From the NCBI GenBank assembly GCA_031374245.1, contig JANMFO010000206.1:909-64908 (forward strand): a stretch of 64,000 bases of DNA. Reading direction: 5' to 3'. The notes beneath the pieces are model-generated. The model was not told the origin of the DNA, ran no database searches, and worked only from the letters and a program-made list of their open reading frames with translations. A program made the position numbers and the translations under genes. This document shows positions 26,001 to 36,320 of the stretch, one piece after another; position 1 is the stretch's first letter; each line of letters starts with the position of its first letter. The DNA comes from Chitinophagaceae bacterium. Its GTDB lineage: Bacteria; Bacteroidota; Bacteroidia; Chitinophagales; Chitinophagaceae.

Positions 26001-26441
26001 ATGCCAAACAACCAATTTAAAAAGGGAGAATTATACAGCTTTATCACCGGTAAAGCATCCACTGCTATTGCCAGAAGACTTCAAAAGAAATTTAATACGG
26101 CTGGACTGAATATTACTATTGAACAATGGAGTGTGTTATATCATTTGTGGAAACAGGAAGGTATCAGTCAGCAGGAATTGTGCAATGCTACCTTCAGGGA
26201 TAAGCCGAGCATCACCCGTTTAGTAGATAACCTCGAAAAAACAAATCTGGTTAAACGGGTGGCTTCTGAAAACGACAGACGGATTAATTTAATATTCCTG
26301 ACGAAGCAGGCGCAAAAATTGCAGGAAGAAACAATGGCATTGGCAGATGAAACATTGAATGAAGCATTGATAGGAGTGCCGTCAGACAGAATAGATGTTT
26401 GTAAAGAAGTGTTGCAAGTTGTATATGACAATTTGAAATAA
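26001..26441 (+). CDS. MarR family transcriptional regulator
   Basis: Winged-helix region (QQELCNATFRDKPSITRLVDNLEKTNLVKR...DRR). Start chosen at ATG 26001. Confidence 0.8.
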   Translation: MPNNQFKKGELYSFITGKASTAIARRLQKKFNTAGLNITIEQWSVLYHLWKQEGISQQELCNATFRDKPSITRLVDNLEKTNLVKRVASENDRRINLIFLTKQAQKLQEETMALADETLNEALIGVPSDRIDVCKEVLQVVYDNLK

Positions 26442-26545
26442 AATACTGAATAACGAATAAAACCTACATAGGTGCGACGCAACAGGGTCGATAGTAGTAA
26501 TACAGCTCGTTCAATAAATAATTAAAACTTTTAAACCTTAATACA

Positions 26546-28339
26546 ATGAGTACGGCAGCAGTAACAAAAACAGTATTGAAAGGCGGTGAATGGTTGGTGA
26601 AAGAATCTTCAGCATTCGAAACATTTATCCCGGAAGAGTTTGGTGAAGAACAGTTGATGATAAAGGATATGTGCAATCAATTTCTGGATGCAGAAATATA
26701 TCCGAATCTTGACCGCATTGATAGCCTGGAGCCGGGGTTAATGAAATCATTATTAACCAAAGCAGGCGAGCAAGGTTTGCTGGCCACTTCTTTTCCTGAA
26801 GAATTTGGCGGGCTTGGAAAAGATTTTATAACCGCTACAATTATTAACGAATACCTTGGTGCGGGGCATTCATTTTCCGTTGCTATTGCTGCACACACAG
26901 GCATCGGCACGTTACCAATTCTTTATTTTGGAACACCGGCACAAAAAGAGAAATACATTCCTAAGTTGATTTCCGGTGAATGGGCAGGTGCTTATGGTTT
27001 AACAGAACCTAACAGTGGTAGTGATGCACTTGGCGCAAAGACAACGGCGAAGCTGAGTGATGATGGAAAGTATTATATATTGAATGGACAGAAATGCTGG
27101 ATTACTAATGGGGGTTTTGCACAGGTATATACCGTATTTGCAAAAATAGATGGCGATAAATTTTCCGCTTTTATTATTGAAAGAGGAACAGAAGGATTTA
27201 CGCAAGGTCCGGAAGAGCACAAGATGGGAATTAAAGGTTCTTCTACCGTACAATTATATTTTCAGGATTGCAAAGTGCCGGCAGAAAATCTGCTGGGAGA
27301 AATAGGCAAAGGGCATAAAATTGCTTTTAATATTCTGAACATTGGCCGTTTGAAATTATGTGCAGCAGCACTTGGCGGAGCCAGAAGAGCACTATCAGGA
27401 GTAGTGGAGTACGCAAAGACAAGGGAACAGTTTAAACAACCTATCTCCAACTTTGGTGCTATTAAACACAAACTGGCAGAATCTGCTATTAAAGTATTTG
27501 TTGGCGAATCATCTTTGTATCGCACAGCCAAATGGATTGATGATAAAGAACATGAATTGCTGGCGGCAGGTAAACCAGAAAACGAAGCATTGTTAGGCGG
27601 TGCAGAAGAGTATGCGATTGAATGTGCGATGCTGAAAGTATGTGGTAGTGAAGTGCTGGATTTTGTAGTTGATGAAGGAGTTCAAGTGCATGGTGGTAAT
27701 GGCTTTAGTGCAGAGTATAATATTTCAAGGGCTTACCGGGACAGCCGTATCAATCGTATCTATGAAGGAACGAATGAAATCAATCGCCTGCTGATACTGG
27801 ATATGACATTGAAAAGAGCAATGGGCGGACGATTGGATTTAATGGGGCCTGCGATGGCGGTGCAAAAAGAACTGATGAGCATCCCTGATTTTGGTGCAGA
27901 TGATGAAGCTCCGTTTACCAAAGAGAAAAAGCTGGTAGCTAATTTGAAAAAAGCCATCCTGATGGCATCGGGTGCTGCGGTGCAAAAACTAATGATGAAG
28001 ATTGATACCGAACAGGAAGTGCTGATGAATATTGCCGATATGGCTATTGAAACATTTAATGCTGAAAGTGTGTTGTTGCGGGTAATGAAAATTGTTGACC
28101 AGAAAGGGGAAACAGCCAGCCAGCTTTATCTGGATATAATGAGAACCTATTTGTATGATGCAGCAGACAAAGTAAATAAATCGGGTAAGGACGCTGTGAA
28201 TGCATTTGCTGATGGCGATGAACAGCGGATGATATTGATGGGCTTAAAGCGTTTTACAAAAGCAGAACCTTTTAATAGTAAAGATGCGAGAAGAAGGGTT
28301 GCTGATAAAATGATAGCAGAAGGAAAATATTGTTTCTAA
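26546..28339 (+). CDS. Acyl-CoA dehydrogenase (long form, ~600 aa)
   Basis: YGLTEPNSGSD, QKCWITNG, and GGNGFSAEY...RINRIYEGTNEI motifs, plus a C-terminal helical extension. Confidence 0.9.
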   Translation: MSTAAVTKTVLKGGEWLVKESSAFETFIPEEFGEEQLMIKDMCNQFLDAEIYPNLDRIDSLEPGLMKSLLTKAGEQGLLATSFPEEFGGLGKDFITATIINEYLGAGHSFSVAIAAHTGIGTLPILYFGTPAQKEKYIPKLISGEWAGAYGLTEPNSGSDALGAKTTAKLSDDGKYYILNGQKCWITNGGFAQVYTVFAKIDGDKFSAFIIERGTEGFTQGPEEHKMGIKGSSTVQLYFQDCKVPAENLLGEIGKGHKIAFNILNIGRLKLCAAALGGARRALSGVVEYAKTREQFKQPISNFGAIKHKLAESAIKVFVGESSLYRTAKWIDDKEHELLAAGKPENEALLGGAEEYAIECAMLKVCGSEVLDFVVDEGVQVHGGNGFSAEYNISRAYRDSRINRIYEGTNEINRLLILDMTLKRAMGGRLDLMGPAMAVQKELMSIPDFGADDEAPFTKEKKLVANLKKAILMASGAAVQKLMMKIDTEQEVLMNIADMAIETFNAESVLLRVMKIVDQKGETASQLYLDIMRTYLYDAADKVNKSGKDAVNAFADGDEQRMILMGLKRFTKAEPFNSKDARRRVADKMIAEGKYCF

Positions 28340-28343
28340 AATA

Positions 28344-29114
28344 TTAATCTCTTTCGAAATCCAGAATGGCTGTTCTTAACGGGACAGCCTTTTCTGTTCC
28401 GTCGTATATCTGGGACAGTTCTTTACGGGTTATTTTCAATTCACTTAGTTTTTGTACCCGTTTGCTTTCAATGATGATACCTGCACATAAAAGCAATGAA
28501 GAGAAAGTGGTAACAAAAAAGAAAACAAGGTAGGTGTCAGCCAGGTATTGTGCATTGACTTTATTATCTACAAGATGCGTTTGAAAAACATAGAACATAA
28601 GATAAAGAATAGCGAAACAACCGTAAGCAAAAAGCTGTGAAGCAATAATCAGGGCTTTACCGGTGGCTTTACGATGAGTAACAGCCTTTTTAGCTTTCCG
28701 GATAAAAAAGTAAAGGCAGAAAGAAAATACAATAGCTAACCCGGGTGCAAGAATAATAGTGATAGCCTCTTTAGTAACACCTCTTAATAAAACAATTGCT
28801 ACTTCAAATAAAACAAAAGATAAAATCAGTACCCTCATTCGGCGGGCTTGCATGGGGGAAGTGCAGAAATAAGTAAGGAATAATAACATTAGCGGAGCAT
28901 CCAGTAGATTATTAGCAAGGCCCCAATATTTAACTAAATCATTACTGGCAGTTATATAACCTTCTCCCAGAAAATTATTGATAATAGCAATTGTATAATA
29001 AGCAATAAGTATAGGGAAAGTCCTGTACCTGCCCATTCGCAGAGTCAGAATGAAAACAATCGGTAAAAAAAGGGCTGCTGTTGAAATGATGCCCATTGTA
29101 GAATTCCAGGTCAT
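28344..29114 (-). CDS. Polytopic membrane protein, function unknown
   Basis: 256 aa with about 7 predicted hydrophobic helices and a charged C-terminal tail. No motif recognised. Confidence 0.45.
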   Translation of the reverse strand: MTWNSTMGIISTAALFLPIVFILTLRMGRYRTFPILIAYYTIAIINNFLGEGYITASNDLVKYWGLANNLLDAPLMLLFLTYFCTSPMQARRMRVLILSFVLFEVAIVLLRGVTKEAITIILAPGLAIVFSFCLYFFIRKAKKAVTHRKATGKALIIASQLFAYGCFAILYLMFYVFQTHLVDNKVNAQYLADTYLVFFFVTTFSSLLLCAGIIIESKRVQKLSELKITRKELSQIYDGTEKAVPLRTAILDFERD

Positions 29115-29315
29115 GGTCTTTTTAGTTTTTCTTTGGATAAGGATTCTAATGACGGTTTCACCTGGTTGGTAGTAAAACTGTATGCAATATAAACGAGATA
29201 TGTCTCCCGATAGTGCTTGGTTATAAGGGTTTATACCAAAATTCAGTAAAAGCGAAAACCTGTTTAGTATTTCTACGGAATATGCCGTCGAGGGTTTTTA
29301 TGCTATCTTTCTGGT

Positions 29316-30491
29316 ATGATACGATTACTCCGTTTACTACCCTTTTTTTGTGGCTTTTTAGCTGTTGCACAGGCACCAAAAAATAATTTTCTGACAGGGA
29401 AAACTACAGGTAGCATGCCTTCTCTTGAATATGGCTTAGGCTACGACCGCCTGGGTGCAGCCAAGATTACATTTTTAGATACCAACGTGGTTATAAAAGT
29501 GGTGGATAGTACGGTGGTTAATTATAAAGTGCAATTGTCCAAAGATCATTTTGCCTATTTATTAAAGTCAAATTTTAAAAAGGATACTACCATTAAAATT
29601 CAGCCGTATTATTTAACAGCCAGTATATTGGCTATTGGGGATGATAAGAATGATTTTGTAAGTATTACCCTGGATGAAAACCTGCCGTACCGGAGTATAC
29701 AACAGATTAATCCATCAAGAATTGTGATAGATGTTTTCGGTGCATCCTCTAATACCAGTTGGGTTACACAAAGAGCGTCTGCTACAGAAGTAAAAAGTGT
29801 TTATTACGAACAAATAGAAGATGATGTTTTTCGTGTTATCATAGAACTTAACCATGAACAACATTGGGGCTACAGTATTTATTACCAGGGGAAAAAATTA
29901 ATGGTTAAAATAAAAAGGCAACCGAAAGATCTGGATATTGATAAAATGAAAATAGCTGTAGATGCCGGACATGGGGGCAGTAATAACGGGGCAAGCGGAG
30001 GAACAACAAGTATTCTTGAAAAAAAATATACCCTGCTTATAGCAAAAGAATTGCAACGGGACTTGCAGGACGAAAAAGCAACAGTATTTATGACGAGGGA
30101 GAAAGATACTACGCTGAGTATGCCGGAAAGAATTGATATGATAAAAGCAGAAGATCCGGATTTTCTTATCAGTATCCATTTGAATTCTTCTGCAAAGGAT
30201 AGTGTAAATGGCGTTAGTACTTATTACAGGTATATCGGGTTTAAACCACTTACACAATTAATATTAAACCGCATGCTGGAACTGGATTTAAAAGAGTTTG
30301 GCAATGTGGGTAGTTTCAACTTTGCATTAAGCGGCCCTACAGATTATCCTAATTGCTTAGTGGAAGTGGCCTTTCTCAGTAATAAAGAAGATGAAAAGAA
30401 AATCCTTGATCCGGAATTTCATAAAGCCGTAGCCAGGAAAATTGTTGAAGGCATTAAAGACTGGTTGAAGTCCTGTAAGAAGGGGTTTTAA
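29316..30491 (+). CDS. N-acetylmuramoyl-L-alanine amidase (Amidase_3) with an N-terminal beta-rich domain
   Basis: Signal peptide, then IAVDAGHGGSNNGA, ISIHLNS and EVAFLSN motifs. Confidence 0.8.
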   Translation: MIRLLRLLPFFCGFLAVAQAPKNNFLTGKTTGSMPSLEYGLGYDRLGAAKITFLDTNVVIKVVDSTVVNYKVQLSKDHFAYLLKSNFKKDTTIKIQPYYLTASILAIGDDKNDFVSITLDENLPYRSIQQINPSRIVIDVFGASSNTSWVTQRASATEVKSVYYEQIEDDVFRVIIELNHEQHWGYSIYYQGKKLMVKIKRQPKDLDIDKMKIAVDAGHGGSNNGASGGTTSILEKKYTLLIAKELQRDLQDEKATVFMTREKDTTLSMPERIDMIKAEDPDFLISIHLNSSAKDSVNGVSTYYRYIGFKPLTQLILNRMLELDLKEFGNVGSFNFALSGPTDYPNCLVEVAFLSNKEDEKKILDPEFHKAVARKIVEGIKDWLKSCKKGF

Positions 30492-30902
30492 TTAGTCTTC
30501 CGGTGGAAAAGGCTCACCACGATGGCAGGTTTTACAGGTAACCGTATTCAGGTATTCGGGCTGTATATTTTTATCAAAGTAGAAATTATTCTTGTTGATT
30601 TCAATTACCATCCGCATCATGTTCCGTGCATTTTCTTTCATGGGCTCTGTATCAGCTGCATAATCCAGCGAATCCTTCATGGCAAAATTCAATTTATTAT
30701 ATGACACATGACAAAAATTGCATTTCACTCCCAGGGCAATGTTGTACGACTCCATGATACTATCCAATTTGGTATCGCTGATATCTTTCGGCAACACCTT
30801 TAAATTTTTGAATTTACTCTTAGGGGCATTAACAGCTGCCACTCCTGCGCTGACTAAGGCAAAAAGAATTATAGTGGTTATTAATTTCTTTTTTGTAAGC
30901 AT
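30492..30902 (-). CDS. Small secreted c-type cytochrome resembling the photosynthetic-reaction-centre cytochrome c repeat
   Basis: Signal peptide, NLKVLP...LGVKCNFCH, and a second motif CKTCHRG. Confidence 0.65.
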   Translation of the reverse strand: MLTKKKLITTIILFALVSAGVAAVNAPKSKFKNLKVLPKDISDTKLDSIMESYNIALGVKCNFCHVSYNKLNFAMKDSLDYAADTEPMKENARNMMRMVIEINKNNFYFDKNIQPEYLNTVTCKTCHRGEPFPPED

Positions 30903-30930
30903 AAAAAAAATTTTACTAACTGCTTTGACG

Positions 30931-30956
30931 AAAAAAATACCTGATTGGTTGGTATT
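30931..30956 (-). terminator. Rho-independent terminator after pgl
   Basis: On the minus strand: AATACC-N9-GGTATT followed by T7. Confidence 0.55.
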
Positions 30957-30968
30957 GGTGCTTAAAAA

Positions 30969-31691
30969 TTATTCTAAGCCTGCCGCCGCCGCCTCGTCTA
31001 TCCACCAGTAAAGTTCGCCATTATAAGGTTGTATAACTTGCGAAGGATAAAGGCCTGGATCATACTCTCCAGCAAGAACATGCTGAACTGCCACGACTTT
31101 ATCACTGCCACTTACCAAAAATACTACACACCCTGCTGCATTTACAACAGTAGCAGTTAAAGTTATCCGAACCATTTTTTGTTCTTTTAAATAAAATGAT
31201 TTGACCCATTTCCTTTTTTCATTCACAACTTCATACCCCGGAAAAAGAGAAAGAGTGTGAGCATTATCTCCTAAGCCAAGTAATACCAAATCAAAAGTTT
31301 TGTTTTTATCAGGAAAATATTGATGCAATAATTTTTCGTATTCAGTTGCCGATCTCTCCGGCTCAATATCTGTTCTGATGTTATGGATGTTTTCTTTAAC
31401 AACCGGAACATAGCTCATTAAATTATCAAAAGCCATTTTCGCATTATTCTTTTCATCATTAAAAGGAACAAATCGTTCATCACCCCAGAAGAAATGGAGC
31501 TTGTTCCAATCAATTTTGTGTTTGAATTTATCAGATGCTAATAACCTGTATAATTTTTTTGGTGTACTACCGCCGGCCAGAACAATGGTGAAACGAGGTT
31601 GTTGCTGTAATTTTTCCCCAATGTAATCAGTTACCCAAACAGCAAAGTCCTTGCTTAATTCATCACTATCCTTTTTGACAATCAGGTTCAT
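30969..31691 (-). CDS. pgl: 6-phosphogluconolactonase
   Basis: LAGGSTP and FWGDERFVP motifs. Last gene of the gnd-zwf-pgl operon. Confidence 0.88.
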   Translation of the reverse strand: MNLIVKKDSDELSKDFAVWVTDYIGEKLQQQPRFTIVLAGGSTPKKLYRLLASDKFKHKIDWNKLHFFWGDERFVPFNDEKNNAKMAFDNLMSYVPVVKENIHNIRTDIEPERSATEYEKLLHQYFPDKNKTFDLVLLGLGDNAHTLSLFPGYEVVNEKRKWVKSFYLKEQKMVRITLTATVVNAAGCVVFLVSGSDKVVAVQHVLAGEYDPGLYPSQVIQPYNGELYWWIDEAAAAGLE

Positions 31692-31711
31692 TCAAAATAC
31701 GTTTATATATT

Positions 31712-33229
31712 TTACTTCTTATCCTGAGCTGGTAGTGTGGCCCAATAGTGTCCGTCTTTTGCAATCAAAGCTTCTGCATCCTCCGGTCCCCAGCTATCGG
31801 GTGCATAATTAGGAAAATCAACAGGCGGTCTTTTTTGCCATGTTTCTAATATCGGAGTTATTACTTTCCAGGCTGCCTCTACCTGGTCGGCCCGCATAAA
31901 TAAAGTAGGGTTACCTTCAATCACATCTTCTAATAACGTTTCATACGCTTCTGGTTCTTCACCATTATATGCTTCTACATAATTAAATATCATATCTACC
32001 GGATTCAAAATCATTTCCGGTCCCGGTTTTTTTGCCTGGAAGCGGATACGAATATCCATCTGCGGTTGTATGCTAAAAGTAAGGCGGTTGGGTCGCCATG
32101 TATCAGCAGCTTCTTTTGGAAAAGAATAATGTGGGGTTTCTTTAAAATTAATTGTTATCAGTGTGGTTTTTTCATGCATATACTTTCCGGTGCGTACATA
32201 GAAAGGAACATTCTCCCACCGCCAGTTATCAACAAAAAATTTTACAGCGGCAAATGTTTCCACCGGCGATTGAGGGCTTACATTTTTTTCCTGCTTGTAT
32301 CCTTGCACTTCTTTTGCCTTTATCCATCCGCCGGAATATTGACCCCGAACGGCATGTTCATGTACATCTTCTGTATCTAATTTACGAAGGGCATGCAGCA
32401 CATCTACTTTTTTATTTCTTATTTCATTCGCATCAAAAGATACAGGCGGTTCCATCGCTATCATACAAAGTAATTGCAGGATATGATTTTGCACCATATC
32501 TCTCAACGCACCGGCTTGTTCATAATAACCGCCTCTGTCTTCAACACCTATGGTTTCAGCAGCAGTAATTTGTATATGGTCAATGTATTTACTGTTCCAA
32601 ACCGGTTCAAACAAAGCATTGGCAAAACGGAAAGCTAAAATATTTTGTACGGTTTCTTTACCCAGGTAATGGTCAATACGGTATATCTGGTCTTCTTTAA
32701 ACATTTTACTGAGCAATTCATTTAGTTCCATGGCACTTTCTAAATCATGCCCGAAAGGTTTTTCAAAAACCATTCTTGTGGTAGCCTGATCTTCACACAG
32801 TTTATGATCTGATAATTTTTTGGCAATACCAGGAGCCAGTTGCGGAGCTACAGATAAATAATAAATAACTACAGGTTTTTCGTTCCATTCTTTAGCTTTA
32901 TTATTTATCCAGTTATTAATGTTGCCATATGTAGTATCATCCAGCAAATCCAATTCATGATAGGATACTGCTTCGGAAAATGTTTTCCATTTATCACCAA
33001 TTTCATTTTTGCGGCGGGAAAATTGCTGCACTCCTTCCAATAGTTTATTTCTGTACTCCTCATCTGAAGCAAAAGAAGTACGACCAACACCAATAATAAC
33101 AAATTTTTCAGGCAGGTAATTATCTAAAAACAAATTGTATAAAGCTGGTATGAGTTTGCGGTTAGTTAAATCGCCACTGCCGCCAAAAATGAAAAGTATA
33201 GTAGGTTGTAATTTTTTTTGCACTGCCAT
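31712..33229 (-). CDS. zwf: Glucose-6-phosphate dehydrogenase
   Basis: IFGGSGDLTNRKL and RIDHYLGKE motifs, 505 aa. Confidence 0.96.
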   Translation of the reverse strand: MAVQKKLQPTILFIFGGSGDLTNRKLIPALYNLFLDNYLPEKFVIIGVGRTSFASDEEYRNKLLEGVQQFSRRKNEIGDKWKTFSEAVSYHELDLLDDTTYGNINNWINNKAKEWNEKPVVIYYLSVAPQLAPGIAKKLSDHKLCEDQATTRMVFEKPFGHDLESAMELNELLSKMFKEDQIYRIDHYLGKETVQNILAFRFANALFEPVWNSKYIDHIQITAAETIGVEDRGGYYEQAGALRDMVQNHILQLLCMIAMEPPVSFDANEIRNKKVDVLHALRKLDTEDVHEHAVRGQYSGGWIKAKEVQGYKQEKNVSPQSPVETFAAVKFFVDNWRWENVPFYVRTGKYMHEKTTLITINFKETPHYSFPKEAADTWRPNRLTFSIQPQMDIRIRFQAKKPGPEMILNPVDMIFNYVEAYNGEEPEAYETLLEDVIEGNPTLFMRADQVEAAWKVITPILETWQKRPPVDFPNYAPDSWGPEDAEALIAKDGHYWATLPAQDKK

Positions 33230-33262
33230 TTGAATAAAGTTATTCTTTTAAAAATTATTTGT

Positions 33263-34672
33263 TTACCATTCAGTATGGAAACTTCCTTCCTTATCAATAC
33301 GCTGATAAGTGTGTGCTCCAAAATAATCCCGTTGTGCCTGTATTAGATTAGTTGGCATTCGTTCGGAACAATAAGCATCAAAATATGATAAGGCACTCAT
33401 CAATGCAGCTACAGGTGCTTTGGAGTTACTACTTAACTGAACAATTTTTCGTAATCCAGCTTGTTTCTTTTTTACCAATGCTGCTACTTTTTTATTCAAT
33501 AATATATTAGATAGTTGCTTGTCTTTTTTAAATGCAGCCATAAATGTTTCTAATAAGGTGGAACGGATAATACAACCACCCCGCCAAATTCGGACAACAT
33601 CCTGCAATGGAATATCCATTTGTAAGGAAGAGGATGCTTTATGTAACATCGCTAATCCTTGCGCATAGGAAATAATAGTGGCACAATACAATGCATCATG
33701 CAATTGCTGAATAATTTTTTCTTTGTTACCGGTAAATGCTTTTATAGTTGGTTTATATAAAGCGGCAGCAGCTACTCGCTCATCTTTATAAACCGAAATA
33801 TTCCGAAGAGCAACGGCCATATCAATGGTAGGAATAGGAACCGGCAAATCCATTGCATCCTGCGAAGTCCATTTACCTGTGCCTTTAGAGCCGGCTTTAT
33901 CTAAAATCATATCCACCAGGCGATTCTTTGTTATATCGTCTTCTTTCAAAAAAACATCTCTTGTTATTTCAATCAGGAAAGATTGTATTTCTCCTTCATT
34001 CCATTTTTTAAAAACACTATGCAGTTCATCATTATTCAAGCCTACTACATTTTTTAAAATACCATATACTTCGCTAATCAATTGCATAATGGCATATTCA
34101 ATACCATTATGTACCATTTTTACATAATGACCGGCAGCAGCCTTTCCCATGTATGCCACGCAAGGTTCATTGTTTACTTTGGCAGACACCGCTTCCAAAA
34201 TTGGTTTCAGGTATTGCCATGCTTCTACATCACCACCGGGCATAATGCTGGGGCCTTTTCTTGCACCATCTTCACCGCCACTTACACCGATGCCCATGAA
34301 ATGGATTTTTTTATCCTGCAAAAAAGTTATTCTTCGGAGTGTATCGGTGTAATGCGAATTGCCGCCATCAATTACAATATCTCCTTCTTCCAGCAAGGGA
34401 AGTAAATCATTGATAACACTATCAACAATTGGTCCGGCCGGAACCAGCATCATTATTTTGCGTGGCTTTTTAAGTTGCTGCACCATTTCTGCCAACGAGC
34501 CAACACCTTTTACAATTGTTCCTGTAGTAGCGGATGATTCAAGCAGTGAACCTTTAGCCGGGTCTTTATCAAAACCAATGGCAGCAAAACCATGGTCGGC
34601 CATATTTAATAATAAATTGCGGCCCATCACACCAAGGCCTATCATTCCAAAATCAAAAGAAGGATTGTTCAT
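33263..34672 (-). CDS. gnd: 6-phosphogluconate dehydrogenase, decarboxylating
   Basis: GLGVMGRNLLLN Rossmann motif and a MVHNGIEY-type region, 469 aa. Confidence 0.96.
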   Translation of the reverse strand: MNNPSFDFGMIGLGVMGRNLLLNMADHGFAAIGFDKDPAKGSLLESSATTGTIVKGVGSLAEMVQQLKKPRKIMMLVPAGPIVDSVINDLLPLLEEGDIVIDGGNSHYTDTLRRITFLQDKKIHFMGIGVSGGEDGARKGPSIMPGGDVEAWQYLKPILEAVSAKVNNEPCVAYMGKAAAGHYVKMVHNGIEYAIMQLISEVYGILKNVVGLNNDELHSVFKKWNEGEIQSFLIEITRDVFLKEDDITKNRLVDMILDKAGSKGTGKWTSQDAMDLPVPIPTIDMAVALRNISVYKDERVAAAALYKPTIKAFTGNKEKIIQQLHDALYCATIISYAQGLAMLHKASSSLQMDIPLQDVVRIWRGGCIIRSTLLETFMAAFKKDKQLSNILLNKKVAALVKKKQAGLRKIVQLSSNSKAPVAALMSALSYFDAYCSERMPTNLIQAQRDYFGAHTYQRIDKEGSFHTEW

Positions 34673-34831
34673 ACCAATGAATTACAGATTACGCTGTAAG
34701 TTATTGTAATTGGCAGAAAGTTGAATGGGGGTCACTTTTAAGATGTTGAATGTAAAGATTCACTATCGTTTCCGGCAATGGTAACTGATGAAAGGCGAGG
34801 TTGTTTACATTTGGTAATTAAAATACATATT

Positions 34832-35182
34832 ATGAGCAATCTTGTAAAAGAATTCAATGATTACCGGACAAAAATGAACGCTGTAATCCTTAGTAAAGAT
34901 AACCTGGTTATAAAACGCCTCTGGAACTTAGACACCAACACTTATGCTGAAGGTGCCCTGGATGTAAAAACAAAAGAACTGCTGGGCTTAGTAGCCAGCA
35001 TGGTGCTTCGCTGTGATGACTGCATCAAGTATCATTTGGGTAAATCTCATGAACTGGGCATTACTACCGAACAGATGTATGAGGTATTTGCCATAGCCAA
35101 TATTGTGGGCGGAACAATCGTAATTCCGCATACGAGAAGGGCGGCGGAATACTGGGAGGAATTGGCAGGAAATGCTCAATAA
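34832..35182 (+). CDS. Carboxymuconolactone decarboxylase (AhpD-like) family protein
   Basis: CMD-domain pattern with a CDDCIKYH (CxxC..H) motif. Start chosen at ATG 34832. Confidence 0.8.
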   Translation: MSNLVKEFNDYRTKMNAVILSKDNLVIKRLWNLDTNTYAEGALDVKTKELLGLVASMVLRCDDCIKYHLGKSHELGITTEQMYEVFAIANIVGGTIVIPHTRRAAEYWEELAGNAQ

Positions 35183-35271
35183 ACAAGAAAATAATGCCTA
35201 AAGAATTGGGCAGCGAACATTAGATATTGAACGTTTCTTTAATTAAATTTGCCAAATTATCTATTCATACT

Positions 35272-36300
35272 ATGAGTGAAGTAACGACTGCCCCCGCCCT
35301 GACTGCCAAAGATTTTGCTACCGACCAGGAAGTACGCTGGTGCCCCGGCTGTGGCGACTATTCCATCCTAGCACAGGTACAGAAAGTAATGCCAACATTG
35401 GGTATTCCAAAAGAAAATATTGTAATCGTTTCGGGTATCGGTTGCAGCAGCCGGTTCCCTTATTATATGAACACCTATGGCATGCACTCTATTCACGGCC
35501 GTGCTACTGCCGTAGCGTCAGGTTTAAAAGCCAGCCGCCCTGAACTGAGTGTTTGGATTGTAACCGGTGACGGTGATGGTTTAAGTATTGGTGGTAATCA
35601 TACCATTCATTTGCTGCGCAGAAATTTTGATGTGAATGTATTGTTGTTCAACAACCAGATATACGGATTGACTAAGGGACAATATTCTCCCACATCGGAA
35701 GAGCATAAAATAACAAAGAGCACACCGATGGGAAGTATTGACCATCCGTTTAATCCATTAGCGTTGGCATTGGGTGCGGATGCAACATTTGTTGCCCGTA
35801 CTATGGACCGTGACCCCAAGCATTTACAAGCGATGCTTATCAGAACACATCAGCATAAAGGCGCATCGTTTTTAGAAATATACCAGAACTGCAACATCTT
35901 TAATGACGGTGCTTTTGAAATATTTACAGAGAAAGGAAGCAAACCAACTGAAACATTGTTCCTGGAACAAGGCAAACCATTGGTATTTGGTGCAGCCGCT
36001 GATAAAGGAATAAAATTAGATGGCTTTAAACCTGTAATCGTAAACCTGAATGAAGGCTACAGTAAAGATGACCTCTGGATACATGATGAACAGGATATTT
36101 ATAAAGCACAGATATTAACCCGCATATTCGATGATCCCAAAATTGAAGGCCACCTGCCAAGACCATTTGGTGTTTTCTATCAAACCAACAGAGCTTGTTA
36201 TGAAGATGTGATGGCTGCGCAAATTGATGAAGCTAAATCAAGAAAACCAGCAGATCTGGATAAATTGCTGAAGGGGAATGAGGTTTGGACGATTGCGTAA
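35272..36300 (+). CDS. korB: 2-oxoacid:ferredoxin oxidoreductase, beta (TPP-binding) subunit
   Basis: RWCPGCGDYSIL and TGDGDGLSIGGNH TPP motif. Start chosen at ATG 35272. Confidence 0.85.
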   Translation: MSEVTTAPALTAKDFATDQEVRWCPGCGDYSILAQVQKVMPTLGIPKENIVIVSGIGCSSRFPYYMNTYGMHSIHGRATAVASGLKASRPELSVWIVTGDGDGLSIGGNHTIHLLRRNFDVNVLLFNNQIYGLTKGQYSPTSEEHKITKSTPMGSIDHPFNPLALALGADATFVARTMDRDPKHLQAMLIRTHQHKGASFLEIYQNCNIFNDGAFEIFTEKGSKPTETLFLEQGKPLVFGAAADKGIKLDGFKPVIVNLNEGYSKDDLWIHDEQDIYKAQILTRIFDDPKIEGHLPRPFGVFYQTNRACYEDVMAAQIDEAKSRKPADLDKLLKGNEVWTIA

Positions 36301-36320
36301 CAAAGCGTTTACAGTACATA

